Positions 25,391 to 38,997 of a DNA stretch of 64,000 nucleotides are shown here, piece by piece. Source of the stretch: Eledone cirrhosa (Eukaryota); NCBI GenBank assembly GCA_964016885.1, contig OZ024741.1, positions 331,514,001 to 331,578,000 of the forward strand. The letters are read 5' to 3'. Both the position numbers and the translations under genes were made by a program. Within the stretch, counting starts at the first letter, position 1; the number at the start of each line of letters is the position of its first letter. The notes under the pieces are model-generated. The model was not told the origin of the DNA, searched no databases, and saw nothing but the letters and a program-made list of their open reading frames with translations.

Positions 25391-26077
25391 TATCATTTTA
25401 TTTTATATATGTTCTGGTTTTATAATTTCACAAAGTTTTACCAATAGAGAGAGAGAGTCGGTTTCTAACATAGACACAAAACTCTCTCATTGGAATTTAC
25501 ACAACATCAACTAGGTAGATTATGTATGCATGCATGTGTAGATATGGATGTTATTGTATGTGTGGATGTGTATGTTTTTATTTGTATGTGTGCATGTGTA
25601 TATGCTTTGCATCTGTCATGTGTATATGCAGTTATTAGATGCAAAATTTTTTTTATGTATGTATGTATGTATGTATGTATGTATGTATGTATGTATGTAT
25701 GTATGTATGTATGTATGTTTGTATGTATGCATGTATGTATGTATATATGTATGCATGTATGTGTCATATGTTTATATGTATGAATATATGTATGAATATA
25801 TGTATGTGTGTGTGTGTGTATGTATGTATGCATGTATGTATATATAAATATATATATGTGTGTGAATGTGTGTGTATGTATGTATGAATATATGTATGTA
25901 TAAGATGTACTGGTGTATAGGAACAAGGTGTACAAAAACTAAACAAAGTGCCCAATAGTAGATAGCTGATACTTGGAAAGAAGTAAAGTTAAGTAGATAA
26001 ATTTGTAAGATTTTTTTTTCCTTTTTGTCCAAAACACCAGTGTTCAGTATTAAAAGGGAATCTCATAGTATATGTGC

Positions 26078-26132
<55 letters not shown>

Positions 26133-26409
26133 TATGTATGAAAACTTTGGAGTACATATTATTGTAACACCAGCACTGCCACTTGGATTGGTTACATATT
26201 GTAACACCAGCATTACCATTTTACAGAGTGGACTAGATACATTTTATCATGGAACATGTGCTAAGGTGGTCCTTGTGCCTTCAATTGTGTTGAGATAGGA
26301 ATGAGAGGTGGGCTGAAAGCATGGTGGAGTGTCACTGTGGGAGCAGTGGTAGCTACATGCTGCTTGTTGAATAAATCATCACTTGGAGAAGGAATATCTA
26401 TCTATCTAT

Positions 26410-27255
26410 CTATACGACGTGCTCGGAGAAACTCTAGGCATAAAGGAGGACGAACTGGCCAGTACTGTTTGGTAGGACCTTCCGCCCAGGACCGATGGAC
26501 AACTTCCAAAAGTCCCTGGCCTGGCAGTGCTACCGAGGAGCTCCACCAGTTCGAGACAAGTTCTACAGACACGGGCGCCCGGGCAGGGACCCTTCGAAAA
26601 AGATCTGTCCGAGATGCATGCGCGATGAGGAAACCGTCGCGCACGCATTTGTACACTGCCCAGGCGTTACCAAACTGTGGAGCTATGTAGAATGACTATT
26701 GTCGCAGGTGAGACCAATCCAGTTGACCACCGAGTCCATTGTCATGATCAAACCGCCACCCTCCTTCAAAAACGAAGGAGAGTCGGTTTTCCTATGTGTT
26801 ATGACCATGGTGAAAGAGGTTATATGGTGGACGAGGTTAAAAGGGCTGAGGTCAGACACCTTTCTCTCCGGCGAACAACTGATTTGTTTTTTTCAAATAT
26901 CATTTTGGAAGAAGAATCAGGATGGTGAGAGAGGTGCTGTACCCCAGCAAATTTTATAAAAGTGGGTGAATGTGGCAAAGATGGCCTGAGTGGTTGGGCC
27001 TTCTCTCTATATAAGCCTGTAGGCTGAGGAAAAAGAGGAAGAGAGGAAGGGAATACTCACTCTTGGTGCTCCTGGAGATGAGGGTTGTACATTTTTTTGG
27101 GGTGTGTACAACCCCTGTGTAACGCCTCCCCCCTATTGGGGATTTCAACTGTTATTTGTTATTTTATTAATAGTTTTATTTTCATATACCTGTATGTAAA
27201 CTCCCCATTTGTATTTGTCCCCTTCTTTTGTGCCCTTGTGGCTAATAAAGAAATT
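26410..27255 (+). mobile_element. Tx1/L1-like non-LTR 3' fragment in (CTAT)n
   Basis: LAWQCYRGAPPV...CPRCMRDEETVAHAFVHC...LW (zf-RVT-like), AATAAA at ~27244, (CTAT)n on both sides. Confidence 0.75.
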
Positions 27256-27304
27256 TATCTATCTATCTATCTATGTATCTATCAATATATATATATATGT
27301 ATGT

Positions 27305-27520
27305 AAAAGGTAAACAGAAATAACAACACAATCAGTACAGTATATGGAAGGGATATATTAGGTTAACGCTTGATATAGCAGGAAGAGGGTCTTAACGTTT
27401 CAGACGCTAGTCTTTCATCAGAAGAAAGAATGAGAAATATAATAGGTTGAGGGGACGGGCGGGATGGAATTGGAAAAAAATGTCTTTAGATAAAAGGTCC
27501 ATTCATGTTGACATCTCTTG
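27305..27520 (-). mobile_element. Hammerhead element family F, copy 1
   Basis: Reverse-complement homolog of 31578-31798. Confidence 0.85.
27390..27425 (-). ncRNA. Minimal type I hammerhead ribozyme
   Basis: TCTT-CTGATGA-A-AGAC TAGC GTCT-GAA-ACGT-T-AAGA. Confidence 0.85.
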
Positions 27521-28077
27521 CAATATGTATGTATGAGTGTGTTTGTGTATGTGTATTGTGTACTAAACATAGAGGATATGCAAGACATATATATATATAT
27601 ATATTGGTATATATATATATTTATATATACAAAGAGAGAAAGAGAGAGATTCTGATAACAATGGCAGCAACATTTTAACATTTGTCTGCTGAGAAAATAG
27701 CTTGAGCAAAGAAGCAAAGAATAGTTCTTTGTCAAGCTGTAAAACAAAATTTGATTTCCGAATAAGCTCACTGATTTGAAACCAGAAGGTGTTTAATTCT
27801 TCCAGGCACCCCCCCCCTCTTCCTCTTACATTGAATTATTAAGGGAAATTGCATTGTAATAGGAGAAGACATCCTAAATCTTGTTGATACATAGCATTGT
27901 TCTGTTGTGAATCAAACAGAGTAATCAAAGCCCTTAATAGAGTTAGCAAAGTTTTATAAATAAATAAATAAATAAAAATATCTCTTAACTAGATATTCAA
28001 GTACAAGTGACATATTGTAATGAAATAAATATATAAGAAAGAAGAATGTTGTATGCTGAACAAGATTTGCTGTGAAA

Positions 28078-28294
28078 TATGAGTGTTGGCTGAAAAGTTC
28101 ATGAGCTGAAAAGTTCATAGGCTGACCAATATATGCTCATGGAATGACCAAATGAAGGTTATTTTTCAACATAGTCCCTAGAAGGAAACAATGCAGTTAT
28201 TTATAAGAAGAGTTGAAATTAATGTATGCAAGATTTCACAGCTCTAGCATCACTCTTTCATAGTCAGCCTATGAACTTTACAGCTAACCCTCAT
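28078..28294. mobile_element. Mariner-type MITE
   Basis: TATGAG.GTTGGCTGAAAAGTTCAT / ATGAACTTTACAGCTAACCCTCATA TIRs; homolog of 7140-7338. Confidence 0.8.
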
Positions 28295-29600
28295 AAATGT
28301 AAAGCTAGATAGACAGACATAACACCTTAAAACCCAAGCTAAATGAGAAATTTCACTGATTGATAATTATTCCTGAAGGGAGGAAGATAGTCATGAGAAT
28401 TTCATTGTTATGTTCTTTTTTTTTTTTTTTTAAAACTTTTATTGATATTTTCTACTAGAATTCCAATAATTTGGTACTAAATAGATTTCTGAAACTTTGG
28501 TTAGATTTTCACATGTAAAGCAAGTGTAATTTACTATAAATGTTATTATAAAAAAAACTTAGATACATAATTGTTTTTCCCCAAAGTTTGAATAAGAGTT
28601 GATTATAGAAATGCCTCAGCATGATCTCAGTCAAACCAGTAAAACAGTATAAAAGTGTGAGCATTGAGATAAAACAATCATAAAAACTTGGGTTGATGCA
28701 ACACTATATTAGCTGAAAGGAAAGAGATGTTTGTTGAATTTTGTAACATTGAATATTTTATATTTAAGTTCAAAATTTGAAAATAAAGTATATATTGTTG
28801 TAATATTGTTTACACTTTTACAAAATTATAGGTATATTTACAAAATTCTAGATAATTTTTCACTAAAACTGTGTTTATTTTTTATTAAAATTGTAGAAAT
28901 ATATTTACAAAATTGTGGATATCTATACAAAATTGTAGATATATTTACCAAATTGTTGCTATTTTTCAAATTTGTATTCTTTCATTACACTATTTCTATA
29001 GAAGACACTGCCTATGGTTTTCAACTAATTTGGAAAATAATCGTGAATGGAAAGGATTTACAAATATAACTGACGTTCTCTTAAGCTGGTGTTTGGAACT
29101 TACATGAAAATATGAGTGAAGGTTTTTAGATAGAAGCACTTAAAAACAAATAGTTGTATCATACCCTTGCAAGCAGGGAAAAGCGGACATAAAATGAAGT
29201 GAAATTAATGAAATGAACCAGAAGGCAGTTTGGTATAAAGAAGGTTAACAAAATTGAAGATATTTGTACGAAATTTATATATCTTTACAAAGTTGTAGAT
29301 ATTATGAATAAAATTGTAGACATTTGTAAAATGTTTTGATATACTTACAAAAAAATTTAGCTAATTTTATAAAATTATATTTTTTATAAAATTGTTAATA
29401 TATATTTTTCATCAAAATTCGTGGTATATTTATAAAATCGTCAATATTTTCGCTAAAACTATAGCAATGTTTTTACAAACTGAAAATGTTCTTACAAAAT
29501 TGAAAGCAATTTTGACTGTGAACAAAATTATGAATTATTTTAACCAAATGGAAATGTAGTGGATTTGGTTAATTATTTTTCACATATCTATTTGTCTTTA

Positions 29601-29942
29601 TGGTGGCAAATTGGCAAAGTCATTAAAACGTCAGATAGAATGCTTTATGGTATTTGTTTTGGTTCTTTGCTCACTGAGTTCAAATCCTGTTGAGATCAAC
29701 TTTGCCTTTCATCCAATTGAGGTCGATAAAAAAATACAAGTCAAGTATTAGGATTGATTCTTCCTCTATGTCTCCTTCTCACTTCCATTCTCTCACTCTC
29801 TATTCCCCTCTAGAAGAAATCTATTGTATTCAGACCTGGAAAAGACATGGGCTCTGTCAGGCTTAAAGGAAATGCCCTAGAAATGCTGTTTGTCAATATG
29901 GTGTCCCTACAACTCACTCGGGAGCTACAGGACCATGCATAC
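29601..29942 (+). mobile_element. tRNA-headed SINE, long-tail subfamily
   Basis: Homologous to 3432-3740 and 61705-61998. Confidence 0.8.
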
Positions 29943-30509
29943 TTTTGTCTTTATATATATATATAAATATCAAGAGGATTAACAGTTTTAAACTAGTAAG
30001 ACCATTATGCAGTAGAGGATTCAATATTTGGGATAAAGAAGTGTAAATATATTAGAGAGTCGGGGCCCAACAGCTGAACTCTTGCTGTTTTGACTGTTAT
30101 CTGCTGTCACCCTCAGTGGAAAATATATACTCCTAAGATTATCTATTATATGACGGGTATCACTCCAGTTGTTAACAGTTCTTTATGCTTCAAATATTAT
30201 GCTGTTATGAAAAGAAAACAAAATTTGAAAGTTTGGACATACTTTAAGATTTTGTTATGCCTCATCATTATTTCATGCAAGAGTTATTGATATTTGAATA
30301 AAGTATATATATATATGTGTATGTATATAGTTTACATTCTGTGTTATGGCACAGACAGGTTATTGGTTTTGTTCCCTGTATATGTCAACACATAGAGGTT
30401 GAAGCTGAACATAAACCATACTGATGTTAGTAACATGGAAAGACATGAAATAGATGATGATTCTTCCTCTCCTCCTGAATAAGACATAAAAAAACCCTTT
30501 GTTATGACT

Positions 30510-30782
30510 AAAAAGTCTAAAGTCTCAAGCCTGGAGGCTCATCAGGCCAGTGCTTATCTCAGTAACTGAGATTACAAGACCCCCATCCTGGACAAAATGC
30601 TAGTCCATCACAGGGTTAAAACCCTGGCTATTGCTGGTACTCATTTTCAGCTGAATATACTGGAGCAATGTAAAATGAAGTGTTTTTGTTCAAGAACACA
30701 AAATACAACCCAGTCTAGGAATCGAGCCCACAATATTATGATCGTATATCCAACACCCTTACCACTAGGCCACATGCCTCCA
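30510..30782 (-). mobile_element. tRNA-headed SINE with Nin/Deu-like central domain
   Basis: GGCTCATCAGGCC.GTGCTTATCTC..TGCTAGTCCATCACAGGGTTA..GCTGGTACTCATTT..CAAGAACACAA; partial copy at 37860-38028. Confidence 0.65.
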
Positions 30783-31577
30783 CTTAAGACTAAGAGATAA
30801 AAAAAACCTTTGTTATGATGTCCTAAATAATTTATTATGACAGAATTTTGGCAGTAGTTTCCAGTTTTTTCACTAACAAAGAACCCTTATCTCTAAATGA
30901 ATTTTTCTTTCCTGACTCTAATGACCTCTCTTCTAGATAACAATTTAGGGTTAGGGTTAATCAGTAAGAATAATAATCAAACACGTGTTTTCCAGGATAT
31001 ATTCTGGACATCTCCCAGCAATAGTATGAATGTGCCATTAATCCAGCTTCTGAGTGTTTTTGTTAGTGACCATAACTCACATTCACAGACGAGAATGGAC
31101 TCAACTGTTGCTTTGAGTAGCCTCATTTTCATTCTTTTCTTGATCAAAGATACCCATACCTTTGATAGGGAGTTGAGAGCTTCCTATGCCTTTCCTGTCC
31201 TGGTGAACAGACATAGCAAATAAATCGCTCTACAGTTCACACCCTCATCTTTCTGATATTATAAGGAGATGGAGCCTTGCATTAGAGGGATATGTGAAAT
31301 GTCACAATGAACCTGCTGGTAGATTTCTTTTCTGGAAACCAGATGTATGCAGATGAGTTGGGAGACCAACCATCACACTGAAGGATAGTCTTGAAGATGA
31401 CACCAGGTTGGAAGCAGGGAAATTCAGATGGCAATGCTCGAAAAGGTGAGCTGGAGGAGGAACTTTGTCATGGCACCGGTAACAGATGTAAAGAAGAAGT
31501 AGAAGAATATATATATATGCATAAATTAACATCTTTTTATATATTATTATAAAACAGCATAAACAAGTTTGTGTGTG

Positions 31578-31798
31578 TAAGAGATGTCAACATGAATGGA
31601 CCTGTTATTTTTATCTAAAGACATTTTTTCCAATTCCATCCCGCCCATTCCCTCAATCTATCTTATTTCTCATTCTTTCTTCTGATGAAGGACTAACGTC
31701 CGAAACGTTAAGACCCTCTTCCTGCTATATCAAGCGTTAACCTAATATATACTTTCTATATATTGTGGTGATTGTGTTGTTATTTCTGTTTACCTTTT
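31578..31798 (+). mobile_element. Hammerhead element family F, copy 2
   Basis: Homolog of 27305-27520; ends ..TTTACCTTTT into TA; isolated 3' tip also at 47580-47608. Confidence 0.85.
31678..31713 (+). ncRNA. Minimal type I hammerhead ribozyme
   Basis: TCTT-CTGATGA-A-GGAC TAAC GTCC-GAA-ACGT-T-AAGA; stem II covaries with the copy at 27390. Confidence 0.85.
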
Positions 31799-31802
31799 AT
31801 AT

Positions 31803-31859
<57 letters not shown>

Positions 31860-31903
31860 GGTATGTATATATATATAGATGTGTCTTAGCACATATAAGC
31901 TCA

Positions 31904-31991
31904 CGTATCTGATGAGATATCGAAAAAGAGTCTAGGCTCCGCCACTTTGATTGTACCGTGAGCTGATTGATTTCGAACCAATTGTAATATG
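31904..31991 (+). ncRNA. Degenerate hammerhead with enlarged stem II (family G, element ~31877-32166)
   Basis: CGTAT-CTGATGA-GATATCGA..TTGATTTC-GAA-(C)CAATTGT-A-ATATG. Confidence 0.5.
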
Positions 31992-32684
31992 CAAATAAAG
32001 CCTGTACATATGCTGCAACACTGACTTTGAATCTTTTAAATCTATTTACACTCTGCACACTACAGCCCTAATACTGGAATACAACCCAAACAAAATGGAC
32101 CTCATCACAGAATTGAGTGCTTCGAACGGTGTGCCACCTGTAACTGTTATTATACATTAAACTAACACACACATATATATATATATACCATTTATGTTGT
32201 GTGGTTTAGCAGTGGGTAGAACTGGTCATTACAGTTAGTAAACCAAGATGAATAAATTAAAGCATTCAACATTATGCAAATCATCTATCATAGATGTGGT
32301 ATCCCATGGCTAGTGCAGGAACAGAGTTAAATATTCATTTAAAATCAACAGTAGGCCGGACTGGAAATATTCTTTTAAAGTTTTAATGTTGTAATGTTGT
32401 TAAAACGCTCTATATATTTCAATGGCCTAGTTACCTCTTCTCATCATTATGTAAGACTTTGACAATTTCATCAGGTGTAGATTGCAAAATTAGCTAATTC
32501 ATAACAGGATTATGGCAAACACAAACAGGCCTGCAAATTTAGTGTTATGTTATGGCAAACCATCTCTGAATATATATATTATCATCATAATCATTGTTGT
32601 TTTAACATCCATGCTTTCCATGCTAGCAAGGATATCATCATCATGTACGTCCGTTCTTCCACGCTAGTTGTGGGACTGGTACAT

Positions 32685-32762
<78 letters not shown>

Positions 32763-32891
32763 TTTGTTTAAAACAACAGGAGGCTGGACTAGATGAGTTG
32801 CATAATGTAGAGTGCTTTTCCTACTATTACATCATGGCTAACCTAACGGAATGGCCAGTTCTATCCAGTGGTGGTGAACAACTAAATATAA

Positions 32892-32939
<48 letters not shown>

Positions 32940-33196
32940 ATGTATGTTTTCTTGAAGATTATACCAGGATGGAGGCAGGGTAAATTCAGCAAGGGTAATA
33001 CTGGACAGGGTGAGCTGGAGGAGGAACTTAGTTGTGGCACTGGTAATGGGTGTATAGAAGAAGAAAACAACAATCAAAAGAGAGAAATGTTTACACTCAA
33101 GAGGAAAATATTTACCCAATAGTTAGTGTATATTATGTTTTTAAGAAAGTACTTCAGATTTTGAACTTTGCTCACTGAACACCAATATTACATTTA

Positions 33197-33385
33197 AGGG
33201 CGGTGAATTGGCAGTATCGGTAGAGGGTTGGACGCCATGCTTTCTAGATTACTTACGTCCCTTTACGGTCTGAGTTCAAATCCCGCCAATGTTAACTTTG
33301 CCTTTCATCCTTACGGGGTCGATAAAATAAAGTACCAGTAATATACTGGGTAATTGCTGGCCTTGTGCCAAAAGTAGAAACAATA
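33197..33385 (+). mobile_element. tRNA-headed SINE (Meta-domain-like), well preserved
   Basis: GGCGGTGAATTGGCAGTATCGGTAGAG..GAGTTCAAATCCCGCC..CCTTTCATCCTTACGGGGTCGATAAAATAAAGTACCAG. Confidence 0.9.
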
Positions 33386-33606
33386 TTACATTTAAGAACA
33401 CCAGATTGGGAATTGTTGAATTGGGGGAGAGGCAGTGAAGGAAAAGGGATAAGTTAGTTATTGATATAAAGGATGGAAATTTGATATATCTTGGAAGATG
33501 GACAAAAAAAAAAAAATCAATCATACCCAGTATAGATTAAATTTAAATATAATATTACCTTTAACTATCTGTGTAAGTAACATACATACATACATAAATA
33601 CATATA

Positions 33607-33980
33607 TCATCATCATTATCATCATCACCGTTTAACATCCATTTTTCCACATTAGCCTGGGTTAGATGAGTTGTCTTGTTGTGAGAAATGCTGGGTCAGG
33701 CGACTATGTCTTGCTCATACAGAACTGATTTTGGCTTGGTTTCTACAGTTGGATGTCCTTCCTAACACCAACCACATTTACACTGTGTACTGGGTGCTTT
33801 TTGTCATGGCATCTACATGACCACTTTGTAGTGTGGGCTGAGTACCTTTTCTCGTGACACCTATATGATGACTTTACAGTGTGGGCTGGGTGTTTTTTTG
33901 TCATGTTGCCATCACAACCAATATATAGTGTGGGCTGGGTGTTTTTTGTCCTGTCGCCATTACAACTGCTTTACTGTGTG
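33607..33980 (-). mobile_element. RTE-tail SINE/LINE 3' fragment with short tandem subrepeats
   Basis: (CAT)n CCGTTTAACATCC..GGATGTCCTTCCTAACACCAACCAC. Confidence 0.7.
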
Positions 33981-34271
33981 GGCAGAGGACTGTGGTGGGA
34001 GAGGTGTGTGGGGGTTTGGGAGTTGGGCATTTGGGCATGTATAAGGGGTGGAGTGTTAGGACGTGGGAAGTAAGTGGAAGAGGAGGGAGGTGAAGCACGC
34101 TAGATGTATGCTTCAGCCTCATGGGAGGTGTATGGAAGAATGGGGTGGAGGTGAAGTTGGTGTATATTATATATATGCTCATGACAAGGCGGGTTTTCTG
34201 TACACATACACACACACATATATATATACATCCATCTATACATATACAGACACACACACACATATATATAT

Positions 34272-34437
34272 AACGAAGGAGGTGTGGTAAGGAACCAGAT
34301 GGACCATAACGCACCAGAGTACTCAATACATAGGGTAGTAGAGTGGGTACTAGGAAAATGTTTGACCCCGACAGCAGAGCTCAAGCCGTTTCGACGGCTA
34401 TTTCAGTCTAGAAATAGCCGTCGGAGTCAAACATTTT

Positions 34438-34441
<4 letters not shown>
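34272..34441 (-). mobile_element. Fold-back element family B, copy 3
   Basis: Homologous to 10929-11118; one arm has a deletion between GCCGTC direct repeats. Confidence 0.8.
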
Positions 34442-34484
<43 letters not shown>

Positions 34485-34684
34485 CACACATGCATACATA
34501 CACACATACATACATACATACAGCTGCTTTCTTGATTCCAGTAAAACTACATAGCAAACAAGATTGATAGAAAATGTTGAATTTTCTTAACATCAGTAAG
34601 GTACTCAAGTTATGTTAACTGATAAAATGATTCTGGAAGAAAATATTACGATAAGAACAGAAAGAATATGAAAACAAAGCAAAT

Positions 34685-35100
34685 ATGAGAGAGAGAGAGA
34701 GAGGGGGGACAGAGAGAGGGGTGAGAGAGAGGGAGGAGAGGAGAGGGGGAGATATATGGGGGAAGAGAGTGGGGGTTGGAGGGGGAAGTGAGAGGGGAAG
34801 TGAGAGGGAGAGAGAGCGGGGGAGAGAGAGAGGAGGATAGGGGGAGATAGAGAAGGAGAGGGAGGGAAATAGAGAGGGGGGAAAGAGAGGTGGGAGAGAG
34901 AGAGGGGGGAAGAGAGAGGGAGAGAGAGCGGAGGAAAGAGAGACGGGGAAGAGAGAGAGAGGGGGAAGAGAGAGAGAGGAGAAAGAGAGAATGGGAAGAG
35001 AGAGGGAAGAGAAAGGGGGAAGAGAGGTGGAGAGAGAGGAGAAAGAGAGATGGGGAAGAGAGAGAGAGAGGGGAAGAGAGAGAGGGAAGAGGGGGAAGAA
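34685..35100. repeat. Polypurine (GA-rich) low-complexity tract
   Basis: Direct reading. Confidence 0.95.
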
Positions 35101-35432
35101 AAAATAAACAACACACAAATCATGACAAATAAAATAAACGATAAAATAAAATAAAATGAAATAAAATAAGATAAAAGAAAATATAATAAAATACAAACTT
35201 TATCATTTCTATTTCTGGTGCTTTCCACATTTTCCACTGAGAAACTTCTGGAACAGAAAATAATATTGACTATCAAATAGGAAAGAGAAAGAGGTAGATA
35301 GATAGATATATGTATAGAGAGATAGATAGAGAATTAGAATATATATATATATATCATCATCATCATCATATTTATATATATTTATATATATATATATATG
35401 CATATATATACATGTATATATATATATATATA

Positions 35433-35475
<43 letters not shown>

Positions 35476-35642
35476 TATATATATAAATATATATAATATA
35501 TATATATATAAATATATATAAGATATATATATATATATTAGATATATATGTCTAAATATATATAATATATATGTATAAATATATATAATATATATGTATA
35601 AATATATATATATATATATATATACATATAGAGAGATATATT

Positions 35643-35687
<45 letters not shown>

Positions 35688-36249
35688 CGAGAGAGAGAGA
35701 GAAAGTAAAAGAGGGAGAGAGAGAGGGAAATTGAGAGAGAGGAGAAAAAGCAGGTATATAGAAAACAAAACGAAACTGAAACAATAATAAAATAACAAAG
35801 TGCAATAATAACAAATAAGTATCTCGCTACATGTATATGGATGGAATTGAAATTTTTTTGCCCCAATGGAATCTGTAGCGAACATTGATGCTTTGGAAAA
35901 ATATCAAAAATGTTTGGCCACCATAGTTTAGTGAAACAGAAACAGTACAACAAACACCATGCTTCAGTTGTATCCGCATGTCAAATTGAGTGTTTTACTA
36001 GCAATATATATATATTATATATTTGTGTATACACACACACATACACGCACATATATATATATATATATATATAAACACATTTTCTATATGTACATGCATA
36101 TTCTCTCTCTCACTCTCTATCTCTCCCCCTCTCTCTCTCACTCTCTATCCCCCCCTCTCTATCTCCCCCCCTCTCTCTCTATATATATATATATAAACAC
36201 ATTTTCTATATGTACATGCATATTCTCTCTCTCACTCTCTATCTCTCCC

Positions 36250-36357
<108 letters not shown>

Positions 36358-36517
36358 GTATATATATATGTATATATGTATGTATATATGTATGTATGTA
36401 TATGAACATATGGAAAGAGAGGAAGAGAGAGAGATCTGAACCATCGCAATATTTATGAGAGAATCAGAGTGAATATGACTAAGGTCCAATATAGAGTAGG
36501 GCTGGAACATGCAAAAT

Positions 36518-36542
36518 ATACCACCACCACTACCACCACCAG

Positions 36543-36599
<57 letters not shown>

Positions 36600-36710
36600 T
36601 ACCACCACTACTACTACTGCTGTTGCTGCCAGTACTGCTGTTGCTCTTGTTGTTGCTACTACTACTACCACCACCACCACCACCACCACTGTTGCTACTG
36701 CTTCTACTAC
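36518..36710. repeat. (ACT)n/(ACC)n trinucleotide microsatellite
   Basis: Direct reading. Confidence 0.95.
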
Positions 36711-37006
36711 CTAAGTGGTTGTGTGTATTTCACTTCTGTTGCTCCAATGATGAGTGTACTAATTGTTTGATCAATGGAACAGCCTGCAAGTGGCTAAGCA
36801 TTCTACAGACACATGTACCCTTAATGTAAACCTCAGGGAGAATCAGTATGATTCAGTATGGGACAATGTTGGTCTCTTGAATTACAGGTATAACTCATTT
36901 CTTTCTGCTGAATGGACTGGAGCAAAATAATGTATAACTCATTTCTTTCTGCTGAATGGACTGGAGCAAAATAAAATAAAGTGTCTTGCTTACTGTTTAC
37001 ATTGTT

Positions 37007-37232
37007 ATTAACCCTTTTGATACCAAGATGCTTGAAACCAGTGATTATATTTATATCTAAAAACCACCCATTATAATTTTATCTAAGCACCTTTGTTAAG
37101 TTGTTCCAAACACTAGCTTAATAACGAAAAAGTCATTTTATTAAATGCTTCCAAATTTTTTTTATTGTTTTCAAAATTATTTGAAAATCATAGGCAGTTT
37201 CTTTCATTAGATATATGGTAATGAAAGGGTAA
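37007..37232. mobile_element. piggyBac-type MITE (TTAA|CCCT ends), degenerate
   Basis: TTAACCCTTTTGATACC ... GGTAATGAAAGGGTAA; related ends at 11890, 12270-12436, 16530, 37400 and 42656. Confidence 0.55.
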
Positions 37233-38997
37233 GTGTTTATATTTTATCTAAAAACCTTTAATTGTAATATTATGTAAGAACCTTTGTTAAGTTATGCTCC
37301 AAACACCAGCTTAATAATGATGAAGTTAGTTACATTACTAAATCCCTCCACATACTTGATTATTTCAAGCAGTAATTTTCCCTAAAATAGGGTAATGAAA
37401 GGGTTTATGAATTATTTTGATTTGAATTTATTTTTATTGACTTATAACTCCTGGTGATGTCGTTGGGGTCCTGTCATGACATACAGCATTTATTGGGTGT
37501 TTTAAATGTAATGGAAGCCATCCCTTCTGAATATAGCTAATTTCTTCCAGAGACAGAGAAAGAGGGGACAGGAGAGATATAGAGGACGAATCATCTCCAG
37601 TACTGGACTGGTACTTTTTTATGCCCAAATGTCAATATTGTTATTCAAGTACTATGATAGACTACAATACCCAGGTACTGCCCCTGGGGCTAAGGGCTAG
37701 AGAGTGTCAGTGAGTGACATCATGACAACATAAAATCTACTGGAAGCTAGAATCAGTAAAGTATTTCTAGTGAATGAATAAGAAAAGAATGTGCTTCTAT
37801 TTAGTCTAAAGTCTGTCTTGAGTCCAGAGGTTCTTCAGTAATGTGAAGAGACTGAGAGTACAAGACAGCTATTGCTGGTACTTATTTTCAGCTGAGTATA
37901 CTGGAGCAACATAAAATGAAGTGTTTTGCTTTGCTCAAGAACACAACGCACAACCCAATCCTGGAATCAAACCCACAACATTATGATCATAAGTCCAACA
38001 CCCTTACCACTAGGTCACATGCCTCCCCTGTTCTATTTAGTAAACAAGAGGAAATGTAGAGACACCAGATGGAATATTGAAGAAAAACCATAAATAAATG
38101 ATGAAATAGTATTTAGGACATGAAAAAATTGAGACAGAAGTGTGAAGTATATGGAAGAGGTTTGAGAGGAAATAAGAATTCAAGAGATATATTGTATAAT
38201 AAAGTGTGGATGGTCAATAATCTACATGGTTGAGGAAAATCAAAAATGAATTAGGTTCAATTATAAAAGAAAAGAAAGTGAAATTTGGTGATACAAAGGT
38301 CTGAATGAATGCCAAATAAAATAGAATGTTATAAGGACTCTCTGACAAAGCTCAGAGAAACCAAAACTTTAAACAAGATATGTATAAATCTCAAGAAACT
38401 GTAGGAATGTTTTAGCAGCTTAAGGGACAGATAAATCCATAGAAAGTGAAGCTGCGTACTAGATGCCAGAACCCCCTGCAAAAAAACAAACAAACTTGTT
38501 ACATCATTTAAGATGCCGAAACAAATGATAGAAAGAAATCCATGGAAGTAAGTGAGATGTAAGTGAGAAGGATGGAAGATGGATATATATATATATATGA
38601 CATGTGAAGGCTTTCTTTACAAAATAAACAGAAACAGTCTATCATTTGCTGTCAGGATGTAAAATATTTGCTGAGAATGATTATGTTAAAATGTTATGGC
38701 AATCCATTAATGGTTCTAGTAGTAGCTTAAGGGAAAAGCAAGAATGACTGATTGAAAGAAAATTCAATGTGGTATAAAACCAGAAGGGGAATATAAGGAC
38801 CAGAATAACAAGAAAAAGAAGAAAAAAAATGTTTTATGATAATTCTTGCCATATATGATTAGGTTAAAAAAGTTATGGCAATCCATAGATAGTTTGAGAG
38901 TAGTAGCTTGAGGGAAAGCAAGAATGACTGATGGAAAAAAGATTGAATGAGGTGTAAAACCAAATGGGATATATTGACTAAAAGGGAATATAATAAT

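Noticed and set aside
30520-30550. CTGATGA on the minus strand as a hammerhead
   Set aside because: No GAAA or stem III; part of a SINE tail
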